Below are positions 8,992-19,463 of a stretch of 52,874 nucleotides of DNA, one piece after another. This DNA comes from a virus (Duplodnaviria; Caudoviricetes). Below the pieces are notes generated by a model. It was not told the DNA's origin. It saw only the letters and a list, made by a program, of their open reading frames with translations, and made no database searches. The DNA lies in the IMG/VR virus record IMGVR_UViG_3300017650_000224, positions 1 through 52,874 of that record. The stretch is one strand, 5' to 3'. Both the position numbers and the translations under genes were made by a program. Numbering within the stretch: the first letter of the stretch is position 1; the number at the start of each line of letters is the position of its first letter.

Positions 8992-9199
8992 TTTGCCGCT
9001 CCAGTATAAAACGCAACAGTTCTTCCCTATCCGGTAGCGAAGCATGTGGCGACCATACTTTAGAGTCAATAACGAAGAGCATTTAAAGGGCGGAGAGGCG
9101 ATCCATAACGTTTAAGCTTAGTCACTCTTGGGAAAACTTTCAGAAAATTAGGCTTTGATAATTTATACTATAATAATATGTATATTATCGCTCACCAGC

Positions 9200-9517
9200 T
9201 CAGCTAGCGCCATACTTCCAAAGATCGTCTAGCTCAAGCTCGGGGATATCGAGCGCCAGTCGCGCCTCCTCGATCAGCGGATGATCGCGCTCGAAGTGCT
9301 TGGCGAACTCAAGCTTGGCTGAAACGAACCCACGCTGCACCGGGTCCTCGATCGCGTCGATCCAAGCCCGTAGCGGCTGCTCATAGCCTGTAGCCCGCAA
9401 CACACCCCAGAACTGATCGGGCTCAAGGTTGGGGAACTCGGCCTGTCGAGCTTGGGCAGCTGCTTCGACGGCCTTTTCCTCAGCACTTATCATCTGCGAC
9501 CAATCAATCATCATCAT
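9200..9517 (-). CDS. Tail-fibre-associated protein
   Basis: IDWSQMISAEEK start, FERDHPLI motif, position after the fibre gene. Confidence 0.6.
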   Translation of the reverse strand: MMMIDWSQMISAEEKAVEAAAQARQAEFPNLEPDQFWGVLRATGYEQPLRAWIDAIEDPVQRGFVSAKLEFAKHFERDHPLIEEARLALDIPELELDDLWKYGAS

Positions 9518-9812
9518 TATCCACCATCAGCGTGGGCAAAACGATCAGGCCATCGGGAGGACTCTCGATGGGATCTGGCGCATCAATGCGTCCGGCCTTC
9601 TGGTACGGCCAACGCAAGGTGATGTGGAGGACACCGTCGAGGCGAGCGACAGCTCCAACTATCCAATTGCTGGTGATCGCCGTAGCCGGCAACGTCGCGC
9701 CATCTGGCAGCGTGGAAAAGTCGAAGGCATCGCCATTGATGGTAAGAGTGCCGCCTTGGCGGGCTACCGTTATCGTGTCGTCGCGGCGCTGAGGAATGAA
9801 AGATACATGCAT
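9504..9812 (-). CDS. Tail-fibre-associated protein
   Basis: MHVSFIPQRRDD...LTINGDAFDFSTLPDGATLP; TAATG overlap with the fibre gene. Confidence 0.65.
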   Translation of the reverse strand: MHVSFIPQRRDDTITVARQGGTLTINGDAFDFSTLPDGATLPATAITSNWIVGAVARLDGVLHITLRWPYQKAGRIDAPDPIESPPDGLIVLPTLMVDNDDD

Positions 9813-11119
9813 TAGAACCACCTTCCCATGGCCATTATTCCGACGCCTGTTTGCGTGGAATTTGTTCGGATGATGTTTACGTCTGTCTGAGTTTCGGTCA
9901 TAGACGCGGCCATAGCTGGTCGCACGACCACAGCAGATGCCGCATAGGTGGTCACTTGGCATCCGGGAGTGCCAACGAACACTGCTGGATAAATCCAAGT
10001 CACAGACGACACCTCATTGGGCGTCGGGTCTATTCTAGCCTCCCCCCAACAAAACTGCGTTCCGTCTGCCCACCGGACATACGTGCCATTAGCATTTTCA
10101 CCCCGCTCGATGATGCCCCCGGTTGGCACACCCCCGTTCTGAGAGACCGGCCCGAGGATATTGGCCCGCCGATAGACGTCAGCCGGAACCGCTGGAGCCA
10201 GGGCAGCGATGGCCTGGGCAATCCGCTCGGGGCTCCAGGAACGGATCTCGGCGATTACCCCAGCCTCCGCATCGGATTGACTCACAGGCTGTTGCGCCAG
10301 CTCATAGTCCCCGGCAATCTGAGCATTTAGCCCAAGCCGCGCCGCCTCCGCATCGCCGTCCGCCCCCAGCCGCGATACCCAGAACGGCGTCACCCCGTCG
10401 ATATCGCCCGTCGGGCCGCGCGGGATCGCGAGATCAAGCCGGAACCCGCCCTCCACCGGGACAAAATTGGCCTGCGCCGGCTGGTCGGGCGGCAACGTGG
10501 TGGTGGCCCCGGGAAACAGGCGCATGCCTTCCGGAATGATGAAGCTCATATCGTATCCGCCCGGACGCGGCGACAGCGTCACGTCAGGTTCGCTGCCAAA
10601 CGGCGCGTCAACAACCGAAGCGACGTCCAGTTCAATCGCCGGGCCGGAGAACATTGCTGGCTCTGACCAGTCCCCATCCGCCGAACTGTTCTTGGAATAG
10701 ATCGCCGCGCGGCCATCGCCGATATCTGAGACCAGCACCCGGAACCGCGCCGGGCGCGCGTTGAAGGCATCCCGGTCCGCAAGCGTACCGACCTGTATGT
10801 CGAAATAGGCTTTCACATCGCCCAGTTGTTCCAGCACCCGCCGCGTCTGCGCCGTCGAACGCTCGATGATACCGACATAGCGGATTTCGTAAGGCGCATC
10901 GGCAATGGTCGTGCCCGGCCACGGAGCCCAAAGCTCCAGCTCGTTGTCCGACGTTACTTGCCGCACCCGCTGGGGCGGCACAAGCGGCTGGGCGGGATCG
11001 CAGAACAGATCCCCGGGCATGATGGCCTCATCGCCCCAGAACAGGTTTGCGCCGGTTACGGTCGTGCTGCCGCCCTCCACCGACACGGTGCCGGTGGAGT
11101 ACCAAGTTGTTAAAGCCAT
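9812..11119 (-). CDS. Tail fibre / receptor-binding protein
   Basis: N-terminal YSTGTVSV...TTVTG; C-terminal GENANGTYVRWADGTQFCWG...MAMGRW fibre-tip domain. Confidence 0.8.
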   Translation of the reverse strand: MALTTWYSTGTVSVEGGSTTVTGANLFWGDEAIMPGDLFCDPAQPLVPPQRVRQVTSDNELELWAPWPGTTIADAPYEIRYVGIIERSTAQTRRVLEQLGDVKAYFDIQVGTLADRDAFNARPARFRVLVSDIGDGRAAIYSKNSSADGDWSEPAMFSGPAIELDVASVVDAPFGSEPDVTLSPRPGGYDMSFIIPEGMRLFPGATTTLPPDQPAQANFVPVEGGFRLDLAIPRGPTGDIDGVTPFWVSRLGADGDAEAARLGLNAQIAGDYELAQQPVSQSDAEAGVIAEIRSWSPERIAQAIAALAPAVPADVYRRANILGPVSQNGGVPTGGIIERGENANGTYVRWADGTQFCWGEARIDPTPNEVSSVTWIYPAVFVGTPGCQVTTYAASAVVVRPAMAASMTETQTDVNIIRTNSTQTGVGIMAMGRWF

Positions 11120-11125
11120 GGCTGT

Positions 11126-12001
11126 CTATGTCCTGATGTAGCCAGGCCGGATCACGATCTGGCCGGTATAGGTTGAAGAAAAGTCGTGGGCGCTGTTGTT
11201 GATCGAGCAGGCGTTGAAGCGGCGCGGGTGCTTGCCGCCATATTGCGGCGTGTCCCCGCCCAGCCCGCCATTGGCGCTGGGCGGCTTGTGCTGGATCAGC
11301 GCCGCCGGGTGCCCCTTGCGGTAGGAGCCGGCAAAGTTGTTGCCCGAGATCCAGCCCCAACCCTGATAGCTGCTCAGCCCCCATGGATCGCCACCCGCCC
11401 CCGACAAAGGCAAACGGCCATTGTCCTGGGGGCTCCCCGTTTCGTAGTTGGAACGTGGCCCCGGGTCGATCACTGACTGTCGCCGGATCAACTGCACTTC
11501 GTTTCCCGACAAAACGATATCGAATGACCGCCGCCAGACCTCGGTGGCCTCAACGAGGCACGAGCCGCCCGGCAGGCTCACCCACTCGTTGGGGATCAGC
11601 GGCGGCACGCCCTGGTCGCGGAAGTTATACGGGGCTTTGGTGCGGCTGAGCCGCACCCGCACGTCGATGTAATTGGCTCCTGCCGGAATGGTGCCGATCA
11701 CCGTCGGTCCCAGAACCCGGTTCTCCGGCTCGATCATCGTGAGGGTGACGCAGGTGTCCTGCGACGTGCTCGGATACCACGGACCGGTCCCCGGCCAAGG
11801 CTGGGATGGGGGGTTATACCACCGGTTGTGACTGTAATTGACGAACTTGGAGAAATCCGGGAACGCCACGCTCAGGCTAGTGTCGATCCAATCGGCCTCC
11901 GGCAGCAAATTGACCGGCGGGAACTCGGACGACCAGCGTATCTCACCGCCGTCTCCCTCGACCGTAATGACGCCGGGCGTCTCATTGTGAACCCTACCCA
12001 T
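11126..12001 (-). CDS. Putative tail protein
   Basis: 291 aa, coupled within the tail operon. Confidence 0.6.
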   Translation of the reverse strand: MGRVHNETPGVITVEGDGGEIRWSSEFPPVNLLPEADWIDTSLSVAFPDFSKFVNYSHNRWYNPPSQPWPGTGPWYPSTSQDTCVTLTMIEPENRVLGPTVIGTIPAGANYIDVRVRLSRTKAPYNFRDQGVPPLIPNEWVSLPGGSCLVEATEVWRRSFDIVLSGNEVQLIRRQSVIDPGPRSNYETGSPQDNGRLPLSGAGGDPWGLSSYQGWGWISGNNFAGSYRKGHPAALIQHKPPSANGGLGGDTPQYGGKHPRRFNACSINNSAHDFSSTYTGQIVIRPGYIRT

Positions 12002-12801
12002 TACACCCCCACCGGCACAAAGGGCGGTGCCGTGAATGCGCCGCCATACCCCGCTTCTGTTGTGACAGTGCCGCCTGTGGCAATCCGCACCCGACCATTG
12101 TTGAGATCGACAGTGCGGCCTCGGTCAATATTGAACGGCGTTGCGCCGCCGCCTGCATGGCGGGCATAAGTACGACTGGTGCGGACTTTGCCGCGCCCGA
12201 CGACCGCCTCGCCGCCGCCCCCGCCGAACAGTGGCAGCAGAGCGTCCTCGACCGGAACCCGAAACACCATCACCTGATATGTCCGGCTGACTGCGCCAAG
12301 CCCGGACGACGAGGAATTATAGACCTCCCGTAGCCCCACGACCCCGGAAGTGATGTAGGGGGAGACGAACCGGCTACGGCCGTCGCTGGCCGTCTGCACC
12401 GCCACCCCAGGCATCAACATGCGACCGCCATAGGCAACGAACGCCAGCGGCACATAGCCCAACCCGTGGCTGACCAGGGTATGCGAGGCCGTCGCCACCT
12501 GTCCGGGCACGAGATACCCGATCGTTGAGACCGGATTGTTGCCGTCATAAACGAGGTTATAGCCCCAATAGATCGAGCGCCCCGCCAGAGCCGCATGACT
12601 AACCGTCACCGTCTGGATCGGCATGGCCAGTTCGTACTGGAAAAACTCCGAATGCCAGTGCACCGCCGATAAATGGGCACCGGGGTTCTTGGCCGGTGCG
12701 TTGCGGGGCGCATTAATGTCCCGCCAGTCACCGCCGCCGGGGGCCTCGTCGAAACACGCAACGATGCCCTCAGCTGGAAAACCACGAAGAACTGCCATCA
12801 T
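12001..12801 (-). CDS. Putative tail protein
   Basis: 266 aa, beta-rich, HGLGYVP motif, directly after the tip protein. Confidence 0.6.
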   Translation of the reverse strand: MMAVLRGFPAEGIVACFDEAPGGGDWRDINAPRNAPAKNPGAHLSAVHWHSEFFQYELAMPIQTVTVSHAALAGRSIYWGYNLVYDGNNPVSTIGYLVPGQVATASHTLVSHGLGYVPLAFVAYGGRMLMPGVAVQTASDGRSRFVSPYITSGVVGLREVYNSSSSGLGAVSRTYQVMVFRVPVEDALLPLFGGGGGEAVVGRGKVRTSRTYARHAGGGATPFNIDRGRTVDLNNGRVRIATGGTVTTEAGYGGAFTAPPFVPVGV

Positions 12802-15300
12802 CTACCCAAAGCTGAAAGCGCCGCCACCGTCTTGCAGCATCGAGATTCTGACGGTGCCGGTCGGATTACGGAAATCGCCATTGGCATCAAACAGCGCCAC
12901 CGGTGTGCCATCGGCCAGAAAGAACGCCACATTGTCGGCCATGAAACCGATGCGGGTCGCCTCATTGGGGTCCTCGGGCACGTCGAGGAACATTGTCGCG
13001 GCTCGGAAGACTCCATCGTCGACCGCTGCTTGAATGGCATACCGAGCCCGGTATCCAGACGGAGCGGCCGCAGCCTCCCACCGGACATTGACCTCAGCCG
13101 TGTTGCCGCCCATGGCCGCATAGAGGCTTTCGAGCGCCGTCGCGATTGCGCCGCCCGGGCCTAGCGCGACCTCGATCACTTCGGTGAAGCTGGCTTCCAG
13201 CCCTTCCAGTTCAACGCTGATCTCGCGGAACAGGGCTTCACGCTTGGTGTAGTTTTCCCGGTCCACCTCTTCAAGCAACGTTCCGAATTGCTTGAACCGT
13301 TCGATCAGTTCGCGCGGCTTCAAACCAAGCTGGTCGAGCACGTCGCGGGCGATGTTGGTGAGGTCGAGCGTTAGATCATCTGGCCCAAACTTGATGTTCG
13401 GCGTCGTAACAGCAAGCCACCCGGACCACTCTGCCGACTCCGGGCCGATGAAGATTCCGCGCACGACATAGGGCGTGTTCGGCGTGAACTGGCCATATAG
13501 CACCCACCGCCACGGGTCGCCGTAGGGCACTTCGGCTTCGAACATCAGCGGCCCGCTCTCGTCGCCTACGCGAACCTGCACGCGAACCCGCTCGACGCCT
13601 GGCACGCCGCTATCGGCCCGCACCTCAATGCTCGGCCTGCGGCTGACGCCCTTCTCGTCCTTGATCTCAGCCGGAAAGACCTGCCAGCCCTGCATCGGCA
13701 TGGGCTGTGGCCCGACCAACTGCAAAGGCCCGTCGAACACCGGGGTATAGTCGGCGGCCTGGTTCCAGTCATAATCGGACGGATCGACCTCAGTCAGGTC
13801 GACGATGATGTCCAGATTGGACTTGTACACCGCCCCATCGACGCGAAAGAGCTTGTCGACATACCCGTTTCGGGCTGACGACCACCGTACGATATCGCCG
13901 GGCTCAAGCACCCGGAATTCCGGGCCGAGCACAAACGTGTGCCTGCGCGCACGCAGCGCCTCGGATAGCGCCCACTTCATGAGCCGCTGCACCTGCCCGT
14001 GGTACGGTACCAGATCCAGCGACACGGACGCCATCAAACGGCGGTTGCCGTCCAACACTTCCAGATCGGGCCGCAGCAGTGGCGGCGCCTTCTTGGTGTT
14101 CCAGCCCTCGGCAGGGTTGGGATATGTCGCGTCCACACCGTTCACGGTGTCGGCCAATGAGAAGAACGGCGTGAACGACTGCTCTTCGGTCGATAAAATA
14201 TCGGCGTCGGTGAACGCCATGACCGGCGCGCCCGGCGGGCCGACATATACCTTGTAGGTGCCGCCGACCTCGACCAACCGCGCGTTGGCGGCGGTCAGCA
14301 GAGCTTCGACCGTTGTTGCCACCTGCGCGCCGACCTGCACCTCGCCACCGGCGCGGTAGGTCGGCTCATTGCCAGACGGGCCAGCAATGGAGGCTTGAGC
14401 AGCATTGATGGCCGCGATCCAGTTGGCGGCGGGTAAACGCACCGGCGCAATGGCCTGCGCCCCGTAGAGCCACTGGCCGTTGTAACGGATTCCGCGCAGC
14501 ACATTATACAGCTGCACGATTGGGTTGAAGTCATAGGCGTTGCCGCCCCACGTCGCAGGATTATCCCAGCGCTGCGTTCCGGACCCGCCGTTGGTGCTGT
14601 CCTGCGCCGGATTGTACCAGCGGACGCCATTGGTCGCGAACTTCAGATTTGGAATGCCGGAGAAAAGCGGCTTTTCGCCCTCGTCATTGCGCTCCGGCGC
14701 GAGCGCCGTCACAACGACATAGGGCACGCCGTACCCCACTCGGTCTGGCCCATAGGGGCGCTCGGCGCTGGAAACGTGGTTGGTCAGCAGCGGGTCGGCA
14801 ACTGTCTGTGTGCCGTCGTAAAAGCGCACCCAGAGGTGGTCTCGACCGCCCTTGCGGTATTCGAGCACTGGCCGACCAATCAGCTGCGGGCCGCTGAACC
14901 CCGGGTAAAGCAGGTCAAAAATGCTCGTGACCGCACCGGTCTCCGAAGGCCCAAGCGTGCATGGCGCGCCATCGACAATCACTTGCTGGAGCGAGCGGAT
15001 AGGCAGGTCGCCCAGCGCGATAACCCGGGTCGACATGATGTCGCCCTTGCCCCAGCTGTTGTGGTAGACGAGAGACCCGGCAGTGCAGTTCCAGCCCAAG
15101 TTGATGGACCGCGGCACGTCTTCGCCGCCCTGCAGCTGGCCCTGCACTCCGAACTTGGGCTTTTCCGGCTCGCCCTGCATGGCCTTGCCGATAAGGCTGA
15201 CCGCAATACCGGTGGCAACTTGTAGGGCGGCGGTCGTCAGCCCGGCCAGAAACGTACCGGCACCGAATATGGCGGCGCCGATTGAGCTGAAAAAGGCCAT
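12802..15300 (-). CDS. Central tail tip / host-specificity protein (lambda J-like)
   Basis: 832 aa, NGVDATYPNPAEGW, LEPGDIVRW, C-terminal IGFMADNVAF. Confidence 0.85.
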   Translation of the reverse strand: MAFFSSIGAAIFGAGTFLAGLTTAALQVATGIAVSLIGKAMQGEPEKPKFGVQGQLQGGEDVPRSINLGWNCTAGSLVYHNSWGKGDIMSTRVIALGDLPIRSLQQVIVDGAPCTLGPSETGAVTSIFDLLYPGFSGPQLIGRPVLEYRKGGRDHLWVRFYDGTQTVADPLLTNHVSSAERPYGPDRVGYGVPYVVVTALAPERNDEGEKPLFSGIPNLKFATNGVRWYNPAQDSTNGGSGTQRWDNPATWGGNAYDFNPIVQLYNVLRGIRYNGQWLYGAQAIAPVRLPAANWIAAINAAQASIAGPSGNEPTYRAGGEVQVGAQVATTVEALLTAANARLVEVGGTYKVYVGPPGAPVMAFTDADILSTEEQSFTPFFSLADTVNGVDATYPNPAEGWNTKKAPPLLRPDLEVLDGNRRLMASVSLDLVPYHGQVQRLMKWALSEALRARRHTFVLGPEFRVLEPGDIVRWSSARNGYVDKLFRVDGAVYKSNLDIIVDLTEVDPSDYDWNQAADYTPVFDGPLQLVGPQPMPMQGWQVFPAEIKDEKGVSRRPSIEVRADSGVPGVERVRVQVRVGDESGPLMFEAEVPYGDPWRWVLYGQFTPNTPYVVRGIFIGPESAEWSGWLAVTTPNIKFGPDDLTLDLTNIARDVLDQLGLKPRELIERFKQFGTLLEEVDRENYTKREALFREISVELEGLEASFTEVIEVALGPGGAIATALESLYAAMGGNTAEVNVRWEAAAAPSGYRARYAIQAAVDDGVFRAATMFLDVPEDPNEATRIGFMADNVAFFLADGTPVALFDANGDFRNPTGTVRISMLQDGGGAFSFG

Positions 15301-15332
15301 GAAAGAACCCCCGCGCGCCCGAAAGCGCGCAC

Positions 15333-15356
15333 AAAAAAGCCCGCTAGACGCGGGCT
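15333..15356 (-). terminator. Terminator-like hairpin
   Basis: AGCCCGC-GTCTA-GCGGGCT followed by TTTTT on the minus strand. Confidence 0.55.
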
Positions 15357-15390
15357 AAAAACGACGACGAGAGAGTTGAGCTAAGCCGAG

Positions 15391-15825
15391 CTAGAGCGGC
15401 TTCATGAAGTGGGTTTCGACAGGACTGTAGCCGCGCCGCTCATAAAGACGAGCCGCCTGCGGGAAGCTCACCAACGCCGCCATCTGGCAGAAAGCACAGC
15501 CCCGATCGCGCGCCCACTCTTCATAAGCGGCGAGCATGGCCATTGCCGACCGGCCCCGAGCGTCTGGGGCAATCCACCATGCAGTTTCCATGGCGTATTT
15601 TGCGCCGCCAAACGGATGGTCTTGGGCACTGGCCAGCAACACCCCCTTGGCTGGATTGCCAAGCACAAGCGCCAAAAGGTCGCCGCCTGCAATATGTCGA
15701 TCGGTCAAAGCCATGGCATGTGGCGCGCTGAACGGGACCGGCGAGGACGCGGCTGCTGAATGCGCATCGCGCAGCAGCCGCACTATTTGGAAGCGGTCGG
15801 CGGGCTCGGCAAATCGAACGGTCAT
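15391..15825 (-). CDS. GNAT acetyltransferase
   Basis: WWIAPDARGR acetyl-CoA motif and RLYERRGY. Confidence 0.85.
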   Translation of the reverse strand: MTVRFAEPADRFQIVRLLRDAHSAAASSPVPFSAPHAMALTDRHIAGGDLLALVLGNPAKGVLLASAQDHPFGGAKYAMETAWWIAPDARGRSAMAMLAAYEEWARDRGCAFCQMAALVSFPQAARLYERRGYSPVETHFMKPL

Positions 15826-16502
15826 AGGAATCCCAGGAAATTATTCCACCCGAACAGGCCCTTGCGGGTCTCGACCTTTGCGTTCTTGCCTGTAGCGCCC
15901 CAGTTGTGCCGCCACTCGCCGCACACCGCCGCATCCTTGAAGAACGCGTCACCCGCAGCGCGAACCTGTTGGTCCTCGTGGCTACGGGTAGCCGGGTTGG
16001 ACCGAAGCAATTCTTGCGTGCCGCTCGTGCAAGTCAATATCGCCGCGCCTTCTTCGTTCTCGCGCGGCGTGCGTATCTCAACCGTGTCGACAAAGCCAAC
16101 AAAGATTGGTTCCGCAGGGTCAACAAGCTTCTTGCTATCCGGGTCCAGCAGCCCGGAATGAACTTCAACCCGAGCCTGCTTGATGTCATAGAACCGGATC
16201 GCGTCCTGCACCTGGTCATGCAACTGGCTCATCGTAATGGTGACGCTCTGGACCGATACGCCGACCACCGCCGGGATATCGCTGATCGATATCAGCGAGC
16301 CAGCGCCATAGAAGTCCCGCAGCATCGACGCGCCAGTGTCCGGGTCCACGACCAGCGCCGAGACGCTCGCAAGGTCCGACCAAAACCCCACAGTGACGGG
16401 AGCACCAGTTGCGCGGTCCCGCGCCGTCATCGTCAGGAAGTCGCGCGGGGCCAGTCGGCGAGCCGCAAGAGCGGCCGCCGTGTTTGGTGAAACGATTTTC
16501 AT
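15822..16502 (-). CDS. Tail hub/baseplate-type protein
   Basis: Follows the Dit gene; RSHEDQQVRAAGDAFF motif. Confidence 0.7.
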   Translation of the reverse strand: MKIVSPNTAAALAARRLAPRDFLTMTARDRATGAPVTVGFWSDLASVSALVVDPDTGASMLRDFYGAGSLISISDIPAVVGVSVQSVTITMSQLHDQVQDAIRFYDIKQARVEVHSGLLDPDSKKLVDPAEPIFVGFVDTVEIRTPRENEEGAAILTCTSGTQELLRSNPATRSHEDQQVRAAGDAFFKDAAVCGEWRHNWGATGKNAKVETRKGLFGWNNFLGFL

Positions 16503-16519
16503 ACTACCTCGATGGCGCG

Positions 16520-17125
16520 TTACCGCGCCTCTGTAGCCGTGAATGAGATCGTGCCGCGCCCGGTGCGTGGGTCAGCGCTGGCAGACAGCGAGCCCGGATC
16601 AACAGTCATTGCGACCCACGGCTTGGCGATCACCACGTCCTGCCCAGCGACCGTTCCAGGCCACAGGTGGGGCGTGACCGTGAAGAACCCTGTCGGGTTG
16701 CCGCTGACCGCTTCGAGAACGCGATACAGCCCGCCGCCAATGCGCAGCATGTCGCCTATCGACAGCGAAATGCCCGGCAGATCGCTGACGCGCACCGTCT
16801 TGTCATCGGCGCCAATGCTGTGAAGCTTCCCGGTTGGCAGCGCCGTGCCGCCGGGGTGCTTGATTGGCCGGCACCGGCTCGACTGCCACGCCTGAAACGT
16901 CATCTGGCTGACCATGGCTTGCTCGATACGGGCTCGCCAGTGGTCAAGCTGGTTGGGGCGCATGGCGCGGGATACCCACGCCCCGCGCCATAGCGGCTGG
17001 CCGAAGTCCTTGGTGCGGGTGCGCCCCGACGCGTGGCGGGATTGCTCCTGCCGTGCGTAGAGGTCGAACGACGTGCACCAGCCGGGGAAGGCCGTCAGTA
17101 GGTCGAGCGGTTCGGTTAGCGCCAT
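16520..17125 (-). CDS. Distal tail protein (Dit-like)
   Basis: Directly after the tape measure gene; SGRTRTKDFGQPLW, ends ISFTATEA. Confidence 0.7.
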   Translation of the reverse strand: MALTEPLDLLTAFPGWCTSFDLYARQEQSRHASGRTRTKDFGQPLWRGAWVSRAMRPNQLDHWRARIEQAMVSQMTFQAWQSSRCRPIKHPGGTALPTGKLHSIGADDKTVRVSDLPGISLSIGDMLRIGGGLYRVLEAVSGNPTGFFTVTPHLWPGTVAGQDVVIAKPWVAMTVDPGSLSASADPRTGRGTISFTATEAR

Positions 17126-19002
17126 TTATGCCCCCTGCCTTTGACAATCTGCTTCACCCGGCCCTCGAACTCCGCCTGCTGCCGCTGCACGACCTGCTCT
17201 AGCCGGGCCACCGCCGCGACGTCCGCGCCACGAGCGTCGATGACGGGGGCGAAGGTGAAGCCGCTACCCGCTCCGGCTCCGCCCAGCGCCGCTAGCGAGC
17301 GAGCGCTCGGAACCACCTGCGATCCACGTGGTATATTCACGATTTCCGGGCCGCGTTCGCCCACGAGCGCTAGCCCTCCGGGAGCATTGCGCGTTCCATT
17401 TGCGAATGCTGGGAGGTTGAAGAGGCCGGCAAACCCGCTCGACAGTCCCGAAACACCCATGCTTATGAGCTGTCGCCCAATGTCGCGCAGGACACTGCCG
17501 AACACCTCTCCCGCATCCTTGCCATCAAGAAACCCGTCAATGATGGTGTTGAGCGCCTTGTTCGCCGCATCGTCCAGCAGCTTCATTGCTTCGGCGTTGG
17601 CCTCGATTTCCTTACGCTTGGCCTGCAACTCAGATACGGCCGCCGCAATAGCCTGGCCATACTCGCCTTCAAGCTCGACCCCGGCCGACTTGAGCTGATT
17701 GTAAAGCTCTTGCTCCTCGGCGGTGCGTCCAAGCTGCTCGCGCTCGTGGATCAGGCTGTCTATGACGCGCTGGACCGCCTCCGCCTGCTTGATAGCAGCC
17801 GAGGCGGCTTTGTTCTTGGAGCCGCCGATGTCCATGTCATCCAGCAGCCCGGACATGTCGGGAGTGCCGGGGGTGCTGAGCGTCGGCCGGTTAGCGAGAA
17901 TATTGTTGATGCGCTGTTCTTCTGCAGCGATTTCAGCCAATCGCTGTGCTCGTGTCGCAATATCGGTATCAATACCGCGCGCGCCCCAGCCCATCGGGTC
18001 AAAGCCATTTTCGCTCAATTGGCGCTTCCGGCTTTCCAGTTGAAGGATCTCACCTTCAATTCGAACTCGTTCGGCACCGAGATTGCGGTGCAGATGATCT
18101 AGATTGGTATTGCTGACATTTCCGAGGTTGCCTGACCAATATTGGAGTGCGTCGCCGATATCGCGCACGGCGTGTGCGACGTTGGACGCAAGCTGAGCGG
18201 TCTGGACCAAGAAGGGGGCTAGCGCGATCAAAGCCTGTTGAAATTGGCGGTTCAATACCGTTGTCGCAGTGTCAAACTCAGCCTTCATTTCCTGCGCCCG
18301 GACGATCAGGTGTTCGTCGATGACGAGGCCAAGTGCGCGTGCCTTGGCTCCAAAGTCATCAAGTCCCGCTGAGCCATCAGCCAATACGCGCACCATACCC
18401 GCGCCGTCCGTGTCGAACATCTGGAAGGCTAAACGGAGCTTGTCTGCGTGGTCAGGCACTCTCTGAAGTCTGTCGGCCACCTCCCGCAGAAGGTCGTCAT
18501 TTGCCTTCAGCCGCCCTTCGTTGTCGGTAAGCTCGATACCGAGTTCCTTGAATGCTCCCTTTGCTGCACCTGTACCCTGGGCCGCTTCAGCCGCCCGACG
18601 TGTCATTCTCCGCAAGGCCATGTCGAAGTTGTCGGCTGCCATGCCGCTCTGTTCGGCGGCGTAGTGGAATTCCTGCAGCACCTCAACATTGGTTCCGAGC
18701 ATAACTGCCCGATTTCCGAGCTTGTCGAAGTCATTCAACGCCGATTGAGCCGTCCGCAGGGCAGCACCGATGGACAGTATAGGCGCCAAGGCAGCCGCAG
18801 CCCCAACGATGAGCCCTCGGAAAGCATTGGAGCCGACTCGGGAAAGGCTGATATCAACTCGCTTACGCATCCGCTCAGCGTAGCTTTCGACATTGCGCAT
18901 GTTCGTGCGCATAGTTCGGTCCGCCCTGTTCATTCGCCTCTCGAACTCGGTGATCCGAGCTTCGAGCATGACGATAAGGCGATCTTGGGCAGATTCAGTC
19001 AT
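17116..19002 (-). CDS. Tape measure protein
   Basis: 628 aa, Ala-rich helical; FANGT...GGLALVGERGPEIV C-terminal motif. Confidence 0.9.
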   Translation of the reverse strand: MTESAQDRLIVMLEARITEFERRMNRADRTMRTNMRNVESYAERMRKRVDISLSRVGSNAFRGLIVGAAAALAPILSIGAALRTAQSALNDFDKLGNRAVMLGTNVEVLQEFHYAAEQSGMAADNFDMALRRMTRRAAEAAQGTGAAKGAFKELGIELTDNEGRLKANDDLLREVADRLQRVPDHADKLRLAFQMFDTDGAGMVRVLADGSAGLDDFGAKARALGLVIDEHLIVRAQEMKAEFDTATTVLNRQFQQALIALAPFLVQTAQLASNVAHAVRDIGDALQYWSGNLGNVSNTNLDHLHRNLGAERVRIEGEILQLESRKRQLSENGFDPMGWGARGIDTDIATRAQRLAEIAAEEQRINNILANRPTLSTPGTPDMSGLLDDMDIGGSKNKAASAAIKQAEAVQRVIDSLIHEREQLGRTAEEQELYNQLKSAGVELEGEYGQAIAAAVSELQAKRKEIEANAEAMKLLDDAANKALNTIIDGFLDGKDAGEVFGSVLRDIGRQLISMGVSGLSSGFAGLFNLPAFANGTRNAPGGLALVGERGPEIVNIPRGSQVVPSARSLAALGGAGAGSGFTFAPVIDARGADVAAVARLEQVVQRQQAEFEGRVKQIVKGRGHKWR

Positions 19003-19442
19003 TACCTAGCCTTCCTGATGGCTCGGCCGATAGCTGCGTTTATGGACCGCCGAGCTCTGCCTCGATTGCTTCGCCATGCGGGGAGAAAATACGGCTGGGC
19101 TTCGGCCCTGCTCGTTCCGAACTCGACCAGATGCGCGTACCGAGCCCCTGAGTTTCCGGCCGTTACTGCCACCGCATTTTCCGGTATCGCCCCAGCGCCA
19201 CCTTGACTGTAGGAGGGTGGTTTCTTCCCGCCTTCGGTGACGGTAATGCTGTCCCGTAGCGTCCCCGGTGGCTTACCGTGCGACCCGTCTTTGCTCACTG
19301 GTGCCAGCGCGCGCATGTCCTGCGCAATTCGCTCCCCGGCCCGAAGTGCGGCGTCGTAGCTTGCCTTGCGTACCTCTTCCGGAATAGCTTTCAGACGCTT
19401 GCTGAGTTCAGCAGCGCCCATGACTTTCGACTTGCGGGCCAA
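19002..19442 (-). CDS. HK97 gp10-family tail component
   Basis: GTLRDSI, YAHLVEFGT, AQPYFLPA. Confidence 0.85.
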   Translation of the reverse strand: MARKSKVMGAAELSKRLKAIPEEVRKASYDAALRAGERIAQDMRALAPVSKDGSHGKPPGTLRDSITVTEGGKKPPSYSQGGAGAIPENAVAVTAGNSGARYAHLVEFGTSRAEAQPYFLPAWRSNRGRARRSINAAIGRAIRKAR

Positions 19443-19463
19443 TTGGAGCTCCCGGGGGACCGA

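Noticed and set aside
9812-11119. Diversity-generating retroelement or invertible tail-fibre cassette
   Set aside because: No reverse transcriptase, invertase or duplicated fibre-tip sequence was seen
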